Positions 24,360-48,053 of a stretch of DNA of 64,000 nucleotides are shown piece after piece. Position 1 is the stretch's first letter; each line of letters opens with the position of its first letter. This DNA is from Paraspadella gotoi (taxonomy: Eukaryota; Animalia; Chaetognatha). The translations under genes and the position numbers were made by a program. The notes beneath the pieces are model-generated. The model saw only the letters and a program-made list of their open reading frames with translations, made no database searches and had not been told where the DNA came from. The stretch covers positions 20,399,476-20,463,475 of the forward strand of contig CM119267.1 of assembly GCA_051294375.1 (NCBI GenBank), read 5' to 3'.

Positions 24360-25478
24360 TTTTCCCCCCCGAGTTGGAATAGTTTTTTTTTTCACTGTCC
24401 TCTAAGCCTCATTTTTATTCTGAAAGCAAGCAACTTGAGAAAATAAATTCATCTTCGTAACAGGAATTCACCCAAAAAAACGCGCTTGAATTTTTTGTTT
24501 GTTTTTTGTTTGTTTTGTTTTTAATATAAAAAGATTCTATCTAGTCTAAAAGCATGACTATCACATAGACAAAGTTAGGTTTTTCGTATCAATTATAACG
24601 ATATTGGCGCGTTACAACTTATTTGCAGACCAGAAATTAATGATAGATCTACTTAAATCTACATGGTTTGTTTTTTATTTCGCTACAATAGTTCACTAAT
24701 ATGATTTCTAATAATAATCTCGGTTCAGTTTTCTTAATAAATGACTGCGATGATTATTTTGATTGACCTGACTACTTACTTGCTCCCTCGATCACTGAAA
24801 ACTGGAATAAATTATAAGCACCCTTTTTTTCGTCAACAGATGAGGAGCAGGTAAAAAAGTAAATTTATGAAGTGCGCCGAAGAAGGAAGAACAAATAAAA
24901 AAATATGTGCGAAGAATTAGAGATATTAATAAATCGCTTGGCGAGAAAAACGTTAAATGAACATCGATAGGCGACGGTTGCTCTTTTCGCTTCTTTCAGA
25001 GTAAAAAAGCGTAGGATTAAATAAGGCCTCCGTTGAGAGAAGAGATTATTAATTTCAACGTTATGTCCAACATTAATAATTAACAAAATGATATATAAGA
25101 CCGAAAAAAATAATTATAATAAGCGATGTAAAAATCATAAACGATTAATTCGTCTCCACTAAAAGAATTTTTATTAACCGAAACGAGAAAATTTAAAAAG
25201 ACGGGTCTCGTTTGCGAGCAGTCGGTGATATGGTTCCGCGGAGAGGGAAGAAAAGTCTGTCGGAACTGCTTCAAGGCGAGGATTAAAGATTTCATTTAAG
25301 GCTTATCATCATTAAGAAACGCTCATATCGAAAAGTGGTAGTTGTTGGGAGTAAATAACGGAGGGACCGTTATATTCCCGTCGGCATGGTCTCGAGACTC
25401 GTTCAAAAGCCATATCGTAATAGAGTCCCTTAAAGACAGTTTTGCTTAAAAGTGATGTGAACAAATATTTCCGCGACG

Positions 25479-34317
<8,839 letters not shown>

Positions 34318-35191
34318 GGCGGCGTCACGATCATCTCGTCGCGATGAAGCAACGACGGACGCCGAGGGAGCGCGAATGACGCTTCGACGAAAAGGATGGG
34401 CGCGCCGTTATCATGACCCGAAAGAAGGGCGCAACTAAAATCATCCAGTCAAGTAAGATCCATAGGTTTTTTCTCGTTCGTTGCCACAAACTGATATAAG
34501 TCAACGACGACTTATACGAAAGTATTTCTCGATAAATGCTCTTATCTCCTTGTCCGTACGTTGCGGCTTATCATTATTGAATTCTGAACAATTAACGAAT
34601 CTACATGATATAGCTAATAAAAGTTTTTCTTCATTTGTAACGAGTTGTAACAAACAACCAGCAGGCCAGAGAGAGCGTGAGTGTAAAAAAAAATATAAAT
34701 AACCGGCACCAAGTCGATAAAACGAAGAAATGTATAAATCTATATAGTAATTAAATAACTAGTGCAAAAACATTTCGAATAATATCGAGTAATATATGGC
34801 ATACGAGGACCTTATTTACGTAATATATATTCTACGAATAAAAATGGAATAAAGGAATTTTCAGCGTGAGGAATTAAAAAATAAGTATACTTATTATCAG
34901 TATACTTCCTTATCCGACAAAAAATAAAACGACAGTCGAGTGTCAAAAGCTATTTGATCTCGAAAAGAAAAAAAAACCTGCGATCGAATCCTTAATCGGG
35001 AAACTCGGTGCCAGAAACCGGTTTAACCAAGAACAACCGAGAAAGGAACAACGAAAGACGTCAGCGAAGAGTACAGTTTTTGAAAAGTTGAACGATTAGT
35101 TCCATGACGTTCGCTCCCAAAAAGAGATCCGAGCGATAACAAATAGTATTTGGCGAAACCCAAACAATCCCCCCCCCCATTCCTCCCGGAA

Positions 35192-37167
35192 TCAAATGGC
35201 CCAATGAGTCCTTTCGAACCCCTGGGCGATTCCACACAAAATGTTCTTGGACTCCACTTCATTCCTCGCCTCGAAGACGTGACATATAAATTTTGTGGAT
35301 ATGGTGCAGGTCGTCTCGCCAGCAATGTAGGCGAAAAAATTTCGACAATCCACTCGGCGGCCGCAGGAGGATATTTCTGAAGCGGATATTAAAAACAGTA
35401 AAACCACAACGAAAGCAACTGAATATCAACTGCTTAATCTTGTTAACTAACCAGGGTAAGAGTGTTTCAGGACAAACGGTCCATCATCCTTTCCCACGCC
35501 CTCTTCGGTAACGATGACGTCTTTTTCCCCCAGATACAATGTCACTTGTTGTTTACTTGCTCCAAACTTCTTCAATGCGGCTCCAACCTACAAATATTTA
35601 ATTTTTTTTTTAATTGTTTCGAGTGATATAAAGTCAATGAAATTTTTTGCTTTCTCACCCCCTCTTCGATCCTGTCCACCCCGCCGGAGTTGCCAACGTA
35701 GATCTCGCCGAGGTATCGAACTTTGTAAGTCGGGTTCTCCATGGGGTTTTGCGCGGGCACCATGTCCGAGTAGTCGTCCTCCAAAATGGCCGACGGAGGC
35801 TTGGAGGAGTTGCGCAGAGTCTCCTCCTCCTTGAGGATGCGGAGGATCTCCTTCTCGTTGCTCATTTGACGAACGACGTTGAGCAACGGGGGGAAGATGT
35901 CGCCCGTGGGGAGTTTGCACTTGATGACGGTGAGCTCGATGGGGAGACCGCGCTTCTCCGCCATCAGGTTGGCGACTCGACCGCGTTTGGCTGGTAACGA
36001 GGAAAAGGAGATTGGTCACGATAACGTCCTTTTTTTTTTTTTAATTTAGTTTGATAAACACCGACCCTTCCTCAAGCATTTCCCGAAGATTTCGTCGAAA
36101 ACGTCGCCCGGCTCGATCTTACGATCTTCGCCGCCGACGCTTCCGGGTTCGACGGCGACAACGACGACGCGTCCCATGACGTAGCGAAGGACGACGCCGA
36201 GATCGGAGCACGGGACCATTTCGTACGACTTGCGGATGGGAAGTTGCCAACTGAATGTAGAATAATTTAATAATTTAATAATTTAATTTAATTTAATAAT
36301 TTAATTTAATAAGCGTATTTCCTTTTCGTAAAATCAGGATCAGGATTTCAATTTTCATTTTCCCGACAAAATACCAACTCACCTCGAGTCCAAAAACGCC
36401 GCGTTGGCGAGGTCCAACCGAAAGTCAAAGACGGCCAACTGACTCAGCAGCGAGGTGAGTATCTGGACAAGAATCTCGTCTCCGATGATGGAAGTGGAAG
36501 GGTCGTAGTGAGCCCCGTTGTACTCAGAGTTGACGAGGTACTCGACGAGTGGAGAGAGCGTCTTTCGACTCAACGCCTCGCGCAGGAAGAGGCGACCGCG
36601 CCCAACGTAAGTAAGAACCTTGCCGTTGCTTCTCGTCGACTCCACCGTCGCTTGCACGGAGGGCGGGAGGCGGTGCGCGGTGGAGGGGAAGGATTCGATC
36701 CAAGACCAATAGTCATCCTTGAGTGCCGATAAGGAAAGGAGGGAATCTGGCGAAGAGAAGGGGAAGAAGTGCAATTTAAGGTACGCAGCGGTCACCATAA
36801 AATCCCGAAGTCACATATTTGCCGAGCCGAAACATATGTGATGTTCATAATCAACAATCCATTACTAAAAACATCAAATTCACCCACTCGAAACTGGTCG
36901 CAGTCCTTTCCGGAATATCTCTTCTAGCGTTCGACACATCGGAGCCAGCGATGGATGAGAATCCGTGACAGGTTCCGCGTAGACGACTTTTCCCGACGAC
37001 GCCGTCGACTCGGGAGGCGTCGAAGAGTTTCGGTTCTTCATGTCGGCCCCGCTGCATCCCTCCACGACGCCGTTTTCCGCCGGCTCCGGCTGGCGTCGCA
37101 AAAATCCTCGATGCAGTTCGAGGATTTGCAACTTGAGGGTTTTGAGAAAAGGATCGGAAACGGACAT
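35192..37167 (-). CDS. RUN-domain protein with PDZ-like and PTB/PID-like domains; multi-exon
   Basis: RUN motifs LAPMCRTLEEIFRKGL, DYWSWIE, GRGRLFLREALSRK..YDPSTSII; PDZ-like LGVVLRYVMGRVVVVAVEPGSVG..IEPGDVFDEI; PTB-like YKVRYLG..ISSCG..FAYIA..CHVFEA..IAQGF. Confidence 0.72.
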
Positions 37168-37981
37168 GGCTACGGGCTGAGAGAGGGCGGTCGACGAAGG
37201 AGTTAGATCAGAAACGAGATTTTTTCACTCCTCGTCTTCTATATCTTTGTTTTTCTCCCAAGAGTTTAATCGAATACTATCGCTCCCTCGTCGACGCCTC
37301 TTGCGCTGCCTTCGACGAGCGACTCGTTGGCGAAAATACAGTCATCGTTTCGAGTTGAGTATCACAGATTAAAGGCCACTCCTGGAGCCGGCGGGCTTGC
37401 GCCTCAAGGAAGCTGTAAACGACGAAATTCGAGAGACCATAGTGAAGGAATAGATTAGGTAAGATTAAAAACAACGAAGGGGGCAAATTAGATAAATTTC
37501 GCCGGGGGAAAGACAAACTAGGTCAAAAGGCTTCTAAATTTTATTCGGTCAAGAGAAGAGGTAAAAGAAAATCTTCGATCTGGCGCTCGAAATTAACAAT
37601 TTGGCATTGGCACAAAAACATAACAAAATTAGCTAAGTTTTTTTATTATTAACGATTAACATCAACAACGTTAAGAGGATAAAAAGGGCCGAACCGCCTT
37701 TCGCCAAAAAGACGGGAAGTAATCGCGGTTGCCATTAAAAAAAAAATCACAGAAACAGGTGTACGTTCAAATATAAAGTTCTTATCACGTAAGACTTCGA
37801 GAGAGTTTCCAATTAATGTCGTTACTAAAACTTCCCGCGATTCATCTCCACGAAATGAGTTCTTCCCCTTTTTCCCCCTTTTTCCCCCTCTCTTCCTTTC
37901 ATCTCTTCTCCCCGTAGCCCTATTGGACGCGATATTGGGACAGAGATAATCCTAAAGAGTTCACAGCATCGTCCGGGGTCT

Positions 37982-40900
37982 TCAGCCTAGAACGACTCCG
38001 GCGGCCGTCGTCCACTCCTTCAACGCCGTCTGCGACTCTGGATTTATCTGCTGAATGACCGGAAGAATTTTTCCAGGAAAGCCCGCGCCGAAGGTTTGAA
38101 GATTTGTTACGAGATAGGACTTTGGACACGGAATAGAGCCTAGAAATTTAAGACGATTAAAATAATTTTATCAGGATTTAAAAATTTTAATTGTAAATGT
38201 GCTAAAAAAATTCCAATAATGAACAATGAACTAATATATATTTAATATCTGGTTAAATAAATCCAGTAGTGTGGACGAACAAGGTTGCGTGTTCTAGATG
38301 TTCGCGTCCACAGTAGCTTAAATTCTATAGCTGATAGGAAGGAATTAATATAAACCCTATCCTCCCCCCATTTCACGCCCACTACCTTTAAAGGGATCGA
38401 AGTCCTTCTTTCCAGCCATGGCGAGTTGGCAGAAGGCCGCCTGATAACCGGGAGTGTCTTCCACGTCCACAAAGTGTTCGTCGTCGGCGTCGGTCTCGTC
38501 CGTCGGAAGCTGCAGGAGACGGATTGCCGCGTCGAGGGTCTGGGGAAAACGAGATGGGGATGGGACAAATCGTTAATGACCGTTATAGAAGAAAACAATA
38601 TGTGAGGTAAGAAAAAGAATAATATAATTCAGGGGCACGAAAATAACGATCAATTTAGGATTGGCTTTTACCAAACACTTACCTGACCCCAGAGGGGGCC
38701 GAAATACTTTCCCGTGGCCGCCATCTGTGGCGTGAGACAAAGTATGTTCGTCATGCCAACGGAACAGATTTTCTTTTCCACCGCGCCCGAAACCTGCCGA
38801 GTAGTTTTTCAAAAAAACATTTTATCTTGTTTTTACTAAAAATCAGGCATGGGCATAGATCGAGTTAATAAGACGAAATGTAAAAATCAAAATGAAACCT
38901 TTTGAGTCTCGATAGCAATGAGCCGCTCGACGACCATGGACCACATGTTCGGTTGCACGCTGTCCACGAGTTCGATCAGTTCAGATCCCCCGTAGCGAAC
39001 TGGAAAATCAGTCGAAAGCAAAAGAGCATCGCTAAAAATACAGTCGAATAGTGGTGACCCGTTAGAATTATAAATAATGCATCTCATATTTCAAAATTAT
39101 GTTCTTCCCTTTAAAAAAAAAAATACGAACCAGCGAAGAGATTGACGAAGACCAAAAAACTCTTGACGAACTTGGCCGTCTTTGATCGAGAGAGTCGAGT
39201 GAAAAGAAGGATCATTATGCTCTTGGCGTGGGCGGGCGTCAGCTGCGCCAACGTGATGGTGGAGATCAAGGACTGAACCAGATAGAAGCCCTTTGAAGGG
39301 AAAAAGGGGAGAAACAAATTAGGGTGAGGTTAAAAAAAAAATCAAAAGCGCGGAAGATGGAGCGACAACCTGATGGTCGTTGGTTTTGGAAGAAATGAGT
39401 TTTTGGAAGACGCCGAGGAGGCTAGTCAACTGGGAACCGTCGCCGCCGATGATCTGAGCCGAACCCTTTTCGATGAACGCCTTTGAAATAAATATTGGGT
39501 CATTAATCATTATTCTAGATAGTAGTGACAAGATTAGGTTACGAGAAACTTTTTACTCTACCTGTAACAACCGAACGAGAGGGGGAATGTTGCCCGGTCG
39601 GTCCCACAAAACTGAATTACAATAGAAACGAATGTTACGAGCGAAACCCTAATAAAAAGAAGCTTTTCTCATTACGAACCCGGTGTAAGGAGGAAAGGAT
39701 ACAGCGCCATGTAGCTATCCGGAATACCTTCCGAGTGCTGTTCCAAAAGCAGCGACAAAACTAAAAAATGAGGTATTTATTAATAAAGAACGGGGACAGA
39801 AAATAGAGGATGACCCAAAAAAAACAAAAAACAACCTTGAAAAACGTAAGGATGAAATTCGAGAACGTCCTTCTGCAGGATTTCTTGAAAAGGAGGAAAG
39901 AGTTGGGCTTCAAAAACTTGCACCGCTTTAGGATTCGCCTTGCACATTATTCTAGATTAATTAAATAATATTTTTACCATTAACATTCACAATTTTTTTA
40001 AGGGAAACGAAAAAAAAAATTAACCTGATTGAGATTGTCAACGTCTCAAAGAGGTAGTGGTTGAAGTTTGGCTTGGAAGGGTTGCCCGAAGCCTCGATCA
40101 TCTTGCGAACGATCGTATTGAGAATGTGCTCCATGTAAGTCATAGCTTGGTCCTTGGCGAAGAAAATGGGAGTCAGAAAAACGAATTAAAATTATAATTT
40201 TTGTTGGTTACGGGATCACCGCGTCTAGGGCCTCACCTGCAGCAACGACAAGGTCCGCATAATGGACTTCATGGCGTACTCGTTTTCCGCCGAGCCCGCC
40301 AGCGCGAAGACGCCGAAGAGATTTTGGATGATGGCCTGTTTGACCGAGTCTTCGATGTCGCCGGGTGAAATGAGTGTTCCGCTCCCGTTGGGTCCTGAAA
40401 AGTCAAGTGGCATCTCGTCAGTTTGTTGGAGCGTAATTCTCGTCAACGGACATTAAAAGACTTATGATTTATTCATAAAACCACCCCCAACAAGTTTACG
40501 ACGTTTACCGGATATAGTGTAGATTCGCTCGAGAGTGTGAGCCGCGTAGCTGTGAACCACGACGTACTCCGACTTGAGTAAGAGGGAGAGGTAGGGAATG
40601 GCAGAGACGATGACTTCCTATATAAACAAAAATGTGGGAACCCTGAAATAGTTGCCAAGGGAAAAACTGTTTTCACTTTAAATGAACGGGACTCACTTTG
40701 GAGAGTACAGTTCGGAAGGTCATCACGTACTTGATGGACGACGCTTTGAGGACTGCCGATTGATTGATGTTTGGGTCCATTAACTGAGAAAAATTATAAC
40801 TTTTAGTACACAACGGAGAAAACCTATTTACTCTTCTTTACTAAGGATGTCGCTTACCTCGGGTAGGATTTGAGTTGAGTAGAAATCGTTAATGTCGACC

Positions 40901-43080
40901 AATTGCGAAACTTGAGTGATGCCATGTTTTTGCGTCTGACCTGAACACAACCGTATATATTTTTCATTAAATCTTAATTATTAATCATGCTCTTTATCAT
41001 TATAATCTAAAATACATAAAATGTCAGGGAAATCCTACGTAATAGATTAATATGGTTCAGTGATAGAATAATGGTACCTTTGCCGGCGACGGAGGTGACC
41101 AAATAAATGGCGGAGTCTTTCATCTTCCAATTTCTTAGAGGATCGCTGGAGTAGTTGGTCATCATGACTTGGATGTAACTCCCGATCAACGCCATCACCT
41201 TGAAGAGCGAAAAGTGAGAAAAATCGATTACACCTAAAAGAGACTTTTTCCCTAAATACCACAAACCTGCGCCTCGTTAAACCGGCAGAGAGCCTTCAAC
41301 AGATCCGACGCCGAGCGTCGTCGGGTGTCCACATCCGATCCTGAGGATTTTTGAATGTTTACTTATGTAACAATAAATAGTTCAAACAAGTGAAAACTCT
41401 CACCTTCAATGTCGCGTCGTATGAATTCCTCGGGGTTATCGGAAAATGCTTCCACGTCTGACTCCCGATACTCCACGTTGGGAATGATCACTTGAGCCAC
41501 GATCTTCAACGAGAGGAAAGAAGGGGAAGATGAAAAATAAACGATGCACTGCAACGTTAATCTAATTCAAAAAGGACCCTTTTTTCCAAGGAACTACGCC
41601 GCACACCTGCTTTAAAACCGCCTCATCAGAAAACTGTTTTGAGATGTCGGTCTTGTTGATGACGGTGGCCAGGAACTCAATGCCGCGGGTAACGAGGACG
41701 TCGTCCTTGACGACGGGAGCCTGGGTCCTTAGCAACAAAGTGTAAGCGGCTTCGAAAAGACGAGGGATGTAGTCTTTGCAGTCGGAAGAATATTTCTCAA
41801 CGTAGAGGGACATATTGTCGCAGACCTGAGGGTGAAAAAAAAAGGGGGATTAACTTTTTCACATGGTCAACTTCACCAAAAACATCCTCATAATGACACA
41901 CCTGAGCTTTTAACAACTCCAAAGGCCCGGGTTCGTCGTCCGAGTCCGACTTGACCAAATCGTTTTTAACTTCGATGAGGGTGAGAAAGTGAGAAAACCA
42001 AACGTCCATGTTGTCTTCGAAATACTCGGGGAGATCTGAAGCAATTCGGAATAAGGTTAGAAGAGAGGAAAAACGAGAACAATTTTAATCGATTTACCTT
42101 GAGAATTCAGCGAATAAAAGATTTTGCATATAAGTAAGAGAGAAGAATAAATGATTTTGGCGGCGGCAGCGTCGTCTTTGTGTTCCTACAATTGAAGTCA
42201 ATGTTAACTTCGAATACGACTCAAAATCGTTTTCTTCTTCTTGCAGACCTGGCTCAGTGTCATCGTGCGTTTAAACAAGTCCGTAAGTGGCGCCGCAAAT
42301 CCGTCCAACACGATCTTGATCTCCGTCCACAATTCTTGAGATTTGAACTCGTGCCGATATCTGAAGCAGAAATAAAGTTTCGAGTCGTTTCATTCTTGAA
42401 AATTTTACCCTAAATCAAAGAGATCCACCTCTTAAAGAGCGAGTGGGCAGTCCGCAGGATACCGTTGATAACGTGAAAATCACCGGTAGCGATCTTGTCG
42501 ATCATGTGTTTGAGAAGTTCCGGCCAATCCTTGGGAAAATCCTCTCGTCCGATGATGGAGATGGCGTCGGACAATTGGCGTTGAATTTGCTCTATAATGG
42601 CGGGAACAGCAAATGTAGGCTTTCGAATGTAAAATGAATCTCTGTAAATGTCTTACCCGGCATCCCGATCATTAGGTCGACGATCATCGTCTTGATCTTC
42701 GCCCGGTCGTCGCCAGAAATTTTGTCCACGTCGACTTCGACGGGTCGCCAATTCCGCTTCACGAAGTTTTTGAAAGTCACCGACGCGGAAACTCTGCACA
42801 ATATAAACATTGTTAATTAGGATTCGAACTTTTCATTCGGTTGGGTTTAAGCTAATGTATTACGAGAGACCCTGCGTTAAATCCAAGACAGATTATATCA
42901 CCTAATTGCCATAGAGACATCCTCTTTCGACAGCACCATCAACAGCAGGATGGGGTAGCCAGGGTTTCCTTCGACCGATTGAAGAAATTTCTCTGCCGCG
43001 AGCCGTTCCTCTCGAGTCGGAGAGAGCGTCTGCTGCAAATATGTTGAGAGCGTGGCCACGTTGCCGTCCGTCAACTCCAT
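37982..43080 (-). CDS. CSE1L: Exportin-2 (CAS/Cse1); more than 20 exons
   Basis: Importin-beta N-terminus [103 protein letters not shown]; last exon ends AAGVVLG* at 37982. Confidence 0.96.
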
Positions 43081-43514
43081 CGCGCGACGATTCCACGAGC
43101 GATTGCGTCGAGTTTAATCCGCTTTAGTTTTTGTTTTTTTTGCTCGCGCGTGGAGCGAAAGTGACTTGCTCGAAATTCAAATACTATGATTCGAAAATTT
43201 TCGAAAATGTATATAAAAGCAAAGGATAAAGCGCTTTAAAAAAAATATATTCATCGTTTTAAAAATAAAAATAAACTTATTAATCTAAGACTAAAACCCT
43301 CTGTTATAACATTAGGAAAACAAAGGGATTAGGAAAGATTTTTTGTTTTCAGTTCATATCACAGGTTCAGTTGAGTTTTCAGAATACGTCGACGATTTTA
43401 ACAGAGAATACGGAACGATAACCCACCGATCACGTACATATATAAATTAAAAAAAAAATTGGAAAATTTTTTCGGTAGCTGAGAATAATCGAGGAATGAC
43501 AGTGATTGAAAAGT

Positions 43515-46500
43515 TCAGTGCCAGTCTCCACCGTAATCGCTGTAGAAATCGTCAGAGTTGTAGCCATCGTACGGCCCGTACCCAAAGTCGTCGTAGCTGT
43601 CGTCGTCGTCGTACGGATTGTAACCAGAGTAGCGATAGACGCTGAAGTCGTCGTCACTGTAATCATCGCTGTCTGTGGAATAGGCGTCGGCGCGTTCAAA
43701 GGTGATGGCGGGAAAGCAGCGCTGCGTATCGTCGGTTTCGAGCAGAGGGGCCGGCGTCGAACGCTTCGTCAAGAGAGAGTTGAGAGCCGCGTTTCCGCGA
43801 TAAACGGAGTTGAGCCGAGTCTTTAAAAAAAGTAGGAAAATTGGATTGGTGAAATATCAGAGAACATAAAAATAACACCAAATAGTATTTATAAATGAAG
43901 TTGAAGTTTTTCTTATAACAGAACAAATGCAGGAAATAAAGTCAGTACTCACTTCCAATGCTTCGACACTTAGGTTTGAGAAGGGAGAGACTTCGTGTCG
44001 AACCCACTTGATCGATCGACCTCTGAAAGACTTCCTCGTTTCTTTGGGTCGGGCGCCGCTTAAAACGAGAGGCAAATAAAAAATGTTTTATAAATTTATA
44101 AATATCATTGAATAACTGAAGCCATCGATCGTGATCATTTTTTGAACATAAGACCACCTGGGATTTTCTTTTTCGTCCAACTTAAACTGGTCCGGCTCGA
44201 CGACTGCGGAACTCGACGAAGAACCAGTAGCAGCACCATCGTCGACGAACTGCGACGAAAACGAGGAAGGAAATTAAATTTACTAACCAGAGATCCGGTT
44301 TTCGAGGGGGAACTCGCTCATACCCGACTGAGATCAATGGCTTGTAGGTGTGCCGTGTTAATCCTGGCGGAGAGGATTCGAACCTCTCCGGGTAATCGGC
44401 AGCCGAGAGCGAAAAAATCTGCCGTCGAGTTTGAATGCAACAAGGGCTTCCAAACTTCTTGCTTGGGCTACGGGGGTGAGGCGAAATATCGATGAGATAC
44501 ATACGCATTACGTATTACTTCATTTCAATGATGACAAAACACTTACTTTAGTTCCCTTGTCCTTTAACGGGTTTTTCTTCCTCATACGAGCTTCGATGAT
44601 CTCCGTGGGCGTAAGGTTGAGTCTGAAGAGCCCCACGACGCGGCCGTCCGCCGTCTTCAGCGGTGCGGGGGGTCGTTTGACTGGGGGAAGAGAAGACGCT
44701 TACCTCACGATAATTCAACTCTTTCAACTCTCTCTAAGACTCACGACGATGACAACTTACCCGGCTTTCTCTTTCCCCTGCCCCTGCCTCTTCCACGATT
44801 AGATGGCTCGAAACGGCCCGTTTCGGCAGTGAGAGCGGAGAAGAGAGCCGAGGATGTAGGAGCTTGGACGAGAACGAGGACGATCCACTAAACGCGGGAG
44901 AGAAAAAAAGTTTAAGGCTAAATGTGAATGTAAATGTAAATTCAGATCACACCTGCTCGACCGGATCCAAGTAGAGAGAGGCGTAGTCGATGTCGGGAAA
45001 CGTCGGCGTTGGTAGAGTCGTCCAAGAGTTCTCCACAGCGCGCGGGCTGAAGGCGTAGACTCGGGGAAGACGAAGCGTCGGGTTTCCTGACGAATAAAAG
45101 TAAAAAAAATAGTTTAAAAAAGCGAAAAAGAAAGCTGGACAGACTTCGTAGACTTCCAACCAAAAAAATAGAGACCCTTATTGCTCGTGGTGATGTAAGG
45201 CGCAGTTGGGACAACGAAGATATACTCGTCGTGAGAGACGACGGAAAAGGGTTTGTCGCACACGCCGCCGGGGAAGGGGTCCTTCGTGCGAAGAGCGTTG
45301 AGCATGGTCACCGGCTCCTTTTTCGTACCTACTGAAGAATACGAGTTGCCTGAAAGATAAAAGGATGAAAAAAAAAAGGATGAGAAAAGCAAGGGGTACA
45401 GGATATGTTGTTCATTAAACGCTCAATTCTCATAATCGTCGTGTCTGACCGAAAACCGCGACGCCAATTCGTGGAATTGTTGAGGGGGCACGGTATGAAA
45501 AGTTTCGATCGTAAACGCCGACTCCCAAAACCTATAGTAAGCGAACGACGTAATTTGACATTCTCTTTTTTATTTTATTTCCTTCCCCCCGCCCCCCCTC
45601 TCTCTCTCTCTCCCTCTCTCTCTTTACCTCCAGATTGGGAATGAGACTTTGCCAAAGGTTGAGATCGATGAATCCTTCGCCGTTGTGCTTCACGGCGAGG
45701 ACCTCCGCCATGCGTCGACCTGAAAAAGGAGCATACCCTTTTAACTTCCAAAATCCATTAATGATTCAACCTATCAGGAATGGCAATTAATAGTAATTTC
45801 GAACCTGGCTTGTCCGAATACTGAGTGTTTTTCGTCGGTAGGATCGAGAAGGCTGGCAATTCATTCTTCCCGTTGGCGGCTTCGGCAGATTCTGACTTCT
45901 CTTCGGGGATGATTTGAAAATCGTGGCTCAATCGGATGAAGGGATATAATGCTTCTGCGAAATAAAGGATAGTATTTTCCGAATTATTTAAAAACGAAGT
46001 TAAACTGTGCCTTGTTCAGGTTCACCTCGGTGTACTTACTATCTTTCACGACGGTCGGCGTGAGAAGACCCTCGGTTTTTAAGGGAATTTTTTCTTGAGG
46101 TCGTAGCGACCACGGATTCGTCATTTCCAAGTCTTTCGGATCCGCCAACCACAACCGACTGGTTTGAGTTGAAAAGATAGGAATACGAAGAAAAAATTTT
46201 TTTTCTGGGGATTTTATCATAGATTTACCTGGAAAGCGAGTAGCGGTGCCTGCAAAAGGAGAGGTGTAGACGAAACTCCCCCTCAAAATTTCTCGGAACG
46301 ATATGATGGCAGAACAAATGGTGGTAATCCGAGCTTGGTCGCCATGTAGTCATCAACTGCGGAGTTCCGACGACGTCGACGCCTGAAGAAAAAAAACCCC
46401 AAAAAACTGTCAGTAAGATGAAGATTATAGAAAGCGCTAAAGAGATAAACGCCGCTCTTTTAATGACTTTACCTTCGACATCGGGGTAGTCGAGACGATA

Positions 46501-48053
46501 AGAGATCCCTTTTTGCATGTCGTGACAAACGAGGAAGCGTTCCTCTCCTTCGAAAGGCATCACCAGCAACTGTCTAGTGGAAAGAGGGATTCGAGCCGTC
46601 ACGGTCGCCTCGACTTGACGAAAGTTCTCTCGCTAACCTTTGAGTGACGTCCCGAGTCAAATAGAAAACCTCGAGATGTTTCTCCAGCGCCGTTCCTTGC
46701 CACAAATCCTCCACCCATGAGTCTTTCATGCACTTTAGGCTGAAGTTAGAACACCAATGACTCAACAATAATTTCACCCACAGACTATTCCAGCTTACTC
46801 TATGGAATTGAGAAGAGTTTTCAAGTGGTCGAGGCGCTGGGGCTCCTTCTCATGGGTAAGCCAATTCGATATGAGTCTCAATGCCGCGTTGGCGTTGGCC
46901 TCGGCGATCCCAGACTCGACGAGGACGGAGCAAAAAAATTCAACGTCCGCCTCCATGAGGTTGGAGCAACGTTCCAACGCAGGCACCCATTTAGGAGACT
47001 GAAGGCTGAACAGTAGAAAATAGAATGTAAAATAGAATGAAAAAGACTTTAAAGACTGACGAACCTGTTATAGATTGAATCGGCGAGGCTCACGGATCCT
47101 AACCGTTTTTTATTAAGTAGATTAGTATCCAGAGATTCGGCGATGACGGGAAAACGATGACAGAACATCAGCGCTATTTTAGAAAGAGTGAATTTTTTTT
47201 TGTTTTAAAGAAGTCTGGTTGGACACAGGCCAACTTCTTCAATTACTCGAAACACTGAAGTCGAACCTTCGATCAAGAACTCGAGATTGTGCTCGTCCTT
47301 GGTTTTGAAGTCGTGACTTCTCTCCCAAGAGAAAAGGGTTGTGTTCTGTTCCATGACGACGATGTGTTCGATTAAAGCTCTTTCCAACTCCTAACACAAG
47401 TTAAAATGGTATCCTCATGAAAAATACGACGAGGCACTTGGCTCGTCAGAGATCACCTTCAGTTCGAACATGTTGGCCACGATGATCATGTCGAAGTAGT
47501 CGGCGTACTTGAAGGTGCACCTGGCGGTGTAGACGAACTGGAGGGCGGTCTCTAAGATGGAGGACGACACTCCGCGGATGGAAACCACCTTGGTTTGGGG
47601 GCGTGGAGAAGGCGAATATTTAAAAACGCTCATCCAAGGACGACAACCACAACTTACATCTTGGTGAGTTTCCCGCATGCCGCTGGAGAGCATACAATCG
47701 AAGTAGTTGGACGCAGCAGCCAAAACGCAACTAATTGAATGAGAGAATGAGCAAAATCTTTAGTATTTTTAAGATATTTAACCAATCCCAACGGAGGATT
47801 CCTAAGTAATGATGTATCGCGAGACTATTCTTCTGACTCACCGATGACAAGGAATTTTCTTTCCATCGTCGAGTCCCAAATAGAGATCGACATATCTCCC
47901 GTCCTTGGCGAACCGGTGGAGCTTTTGTCGAAGATCGACAGGGGCAGAGCCAGCTGTGGTGACGACGCACCCCGTCACCGAGAGCGTCACCTCTTGATCG
48001 GCTAGGGCGCCCCAGTCGCGACGGCGACATCCGCGAGGAATCAAGTCCACCAT
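43515..48053 (-). CDS. Divergent BTB/POZ-BACK domain protein with an acidic Tyr/Gly/Asp-rich tail; multi-exon
   Basis: BTB motifs YVDLYL..KIPCHR|CVLAAASNYFDCMLSSGM..SSILETALQFVYT and BACK-like ALRLISNWLTHEKEPQRLDHLKTLL. Downstream exons have consistent GT-AG borders but no clear Kelch repeats, so the exact 3' structure is less certain. Confidence 0.7.

Noticed and set aside
36808-36846. Possible pre-miRNA hairpin in a RUN-gene intron (TCACATAT..ATATGTGA)
   Set aside because: The stem is only about 8-12 bp, too short for a pre-miRNA, and matches no family I recognise.
38242-38387. ORF extension as the CSE1L C-terminus
   Set aside because: The exon at 37982-38140 gives a better CSE1L-like ending; this stretch is probably intron.
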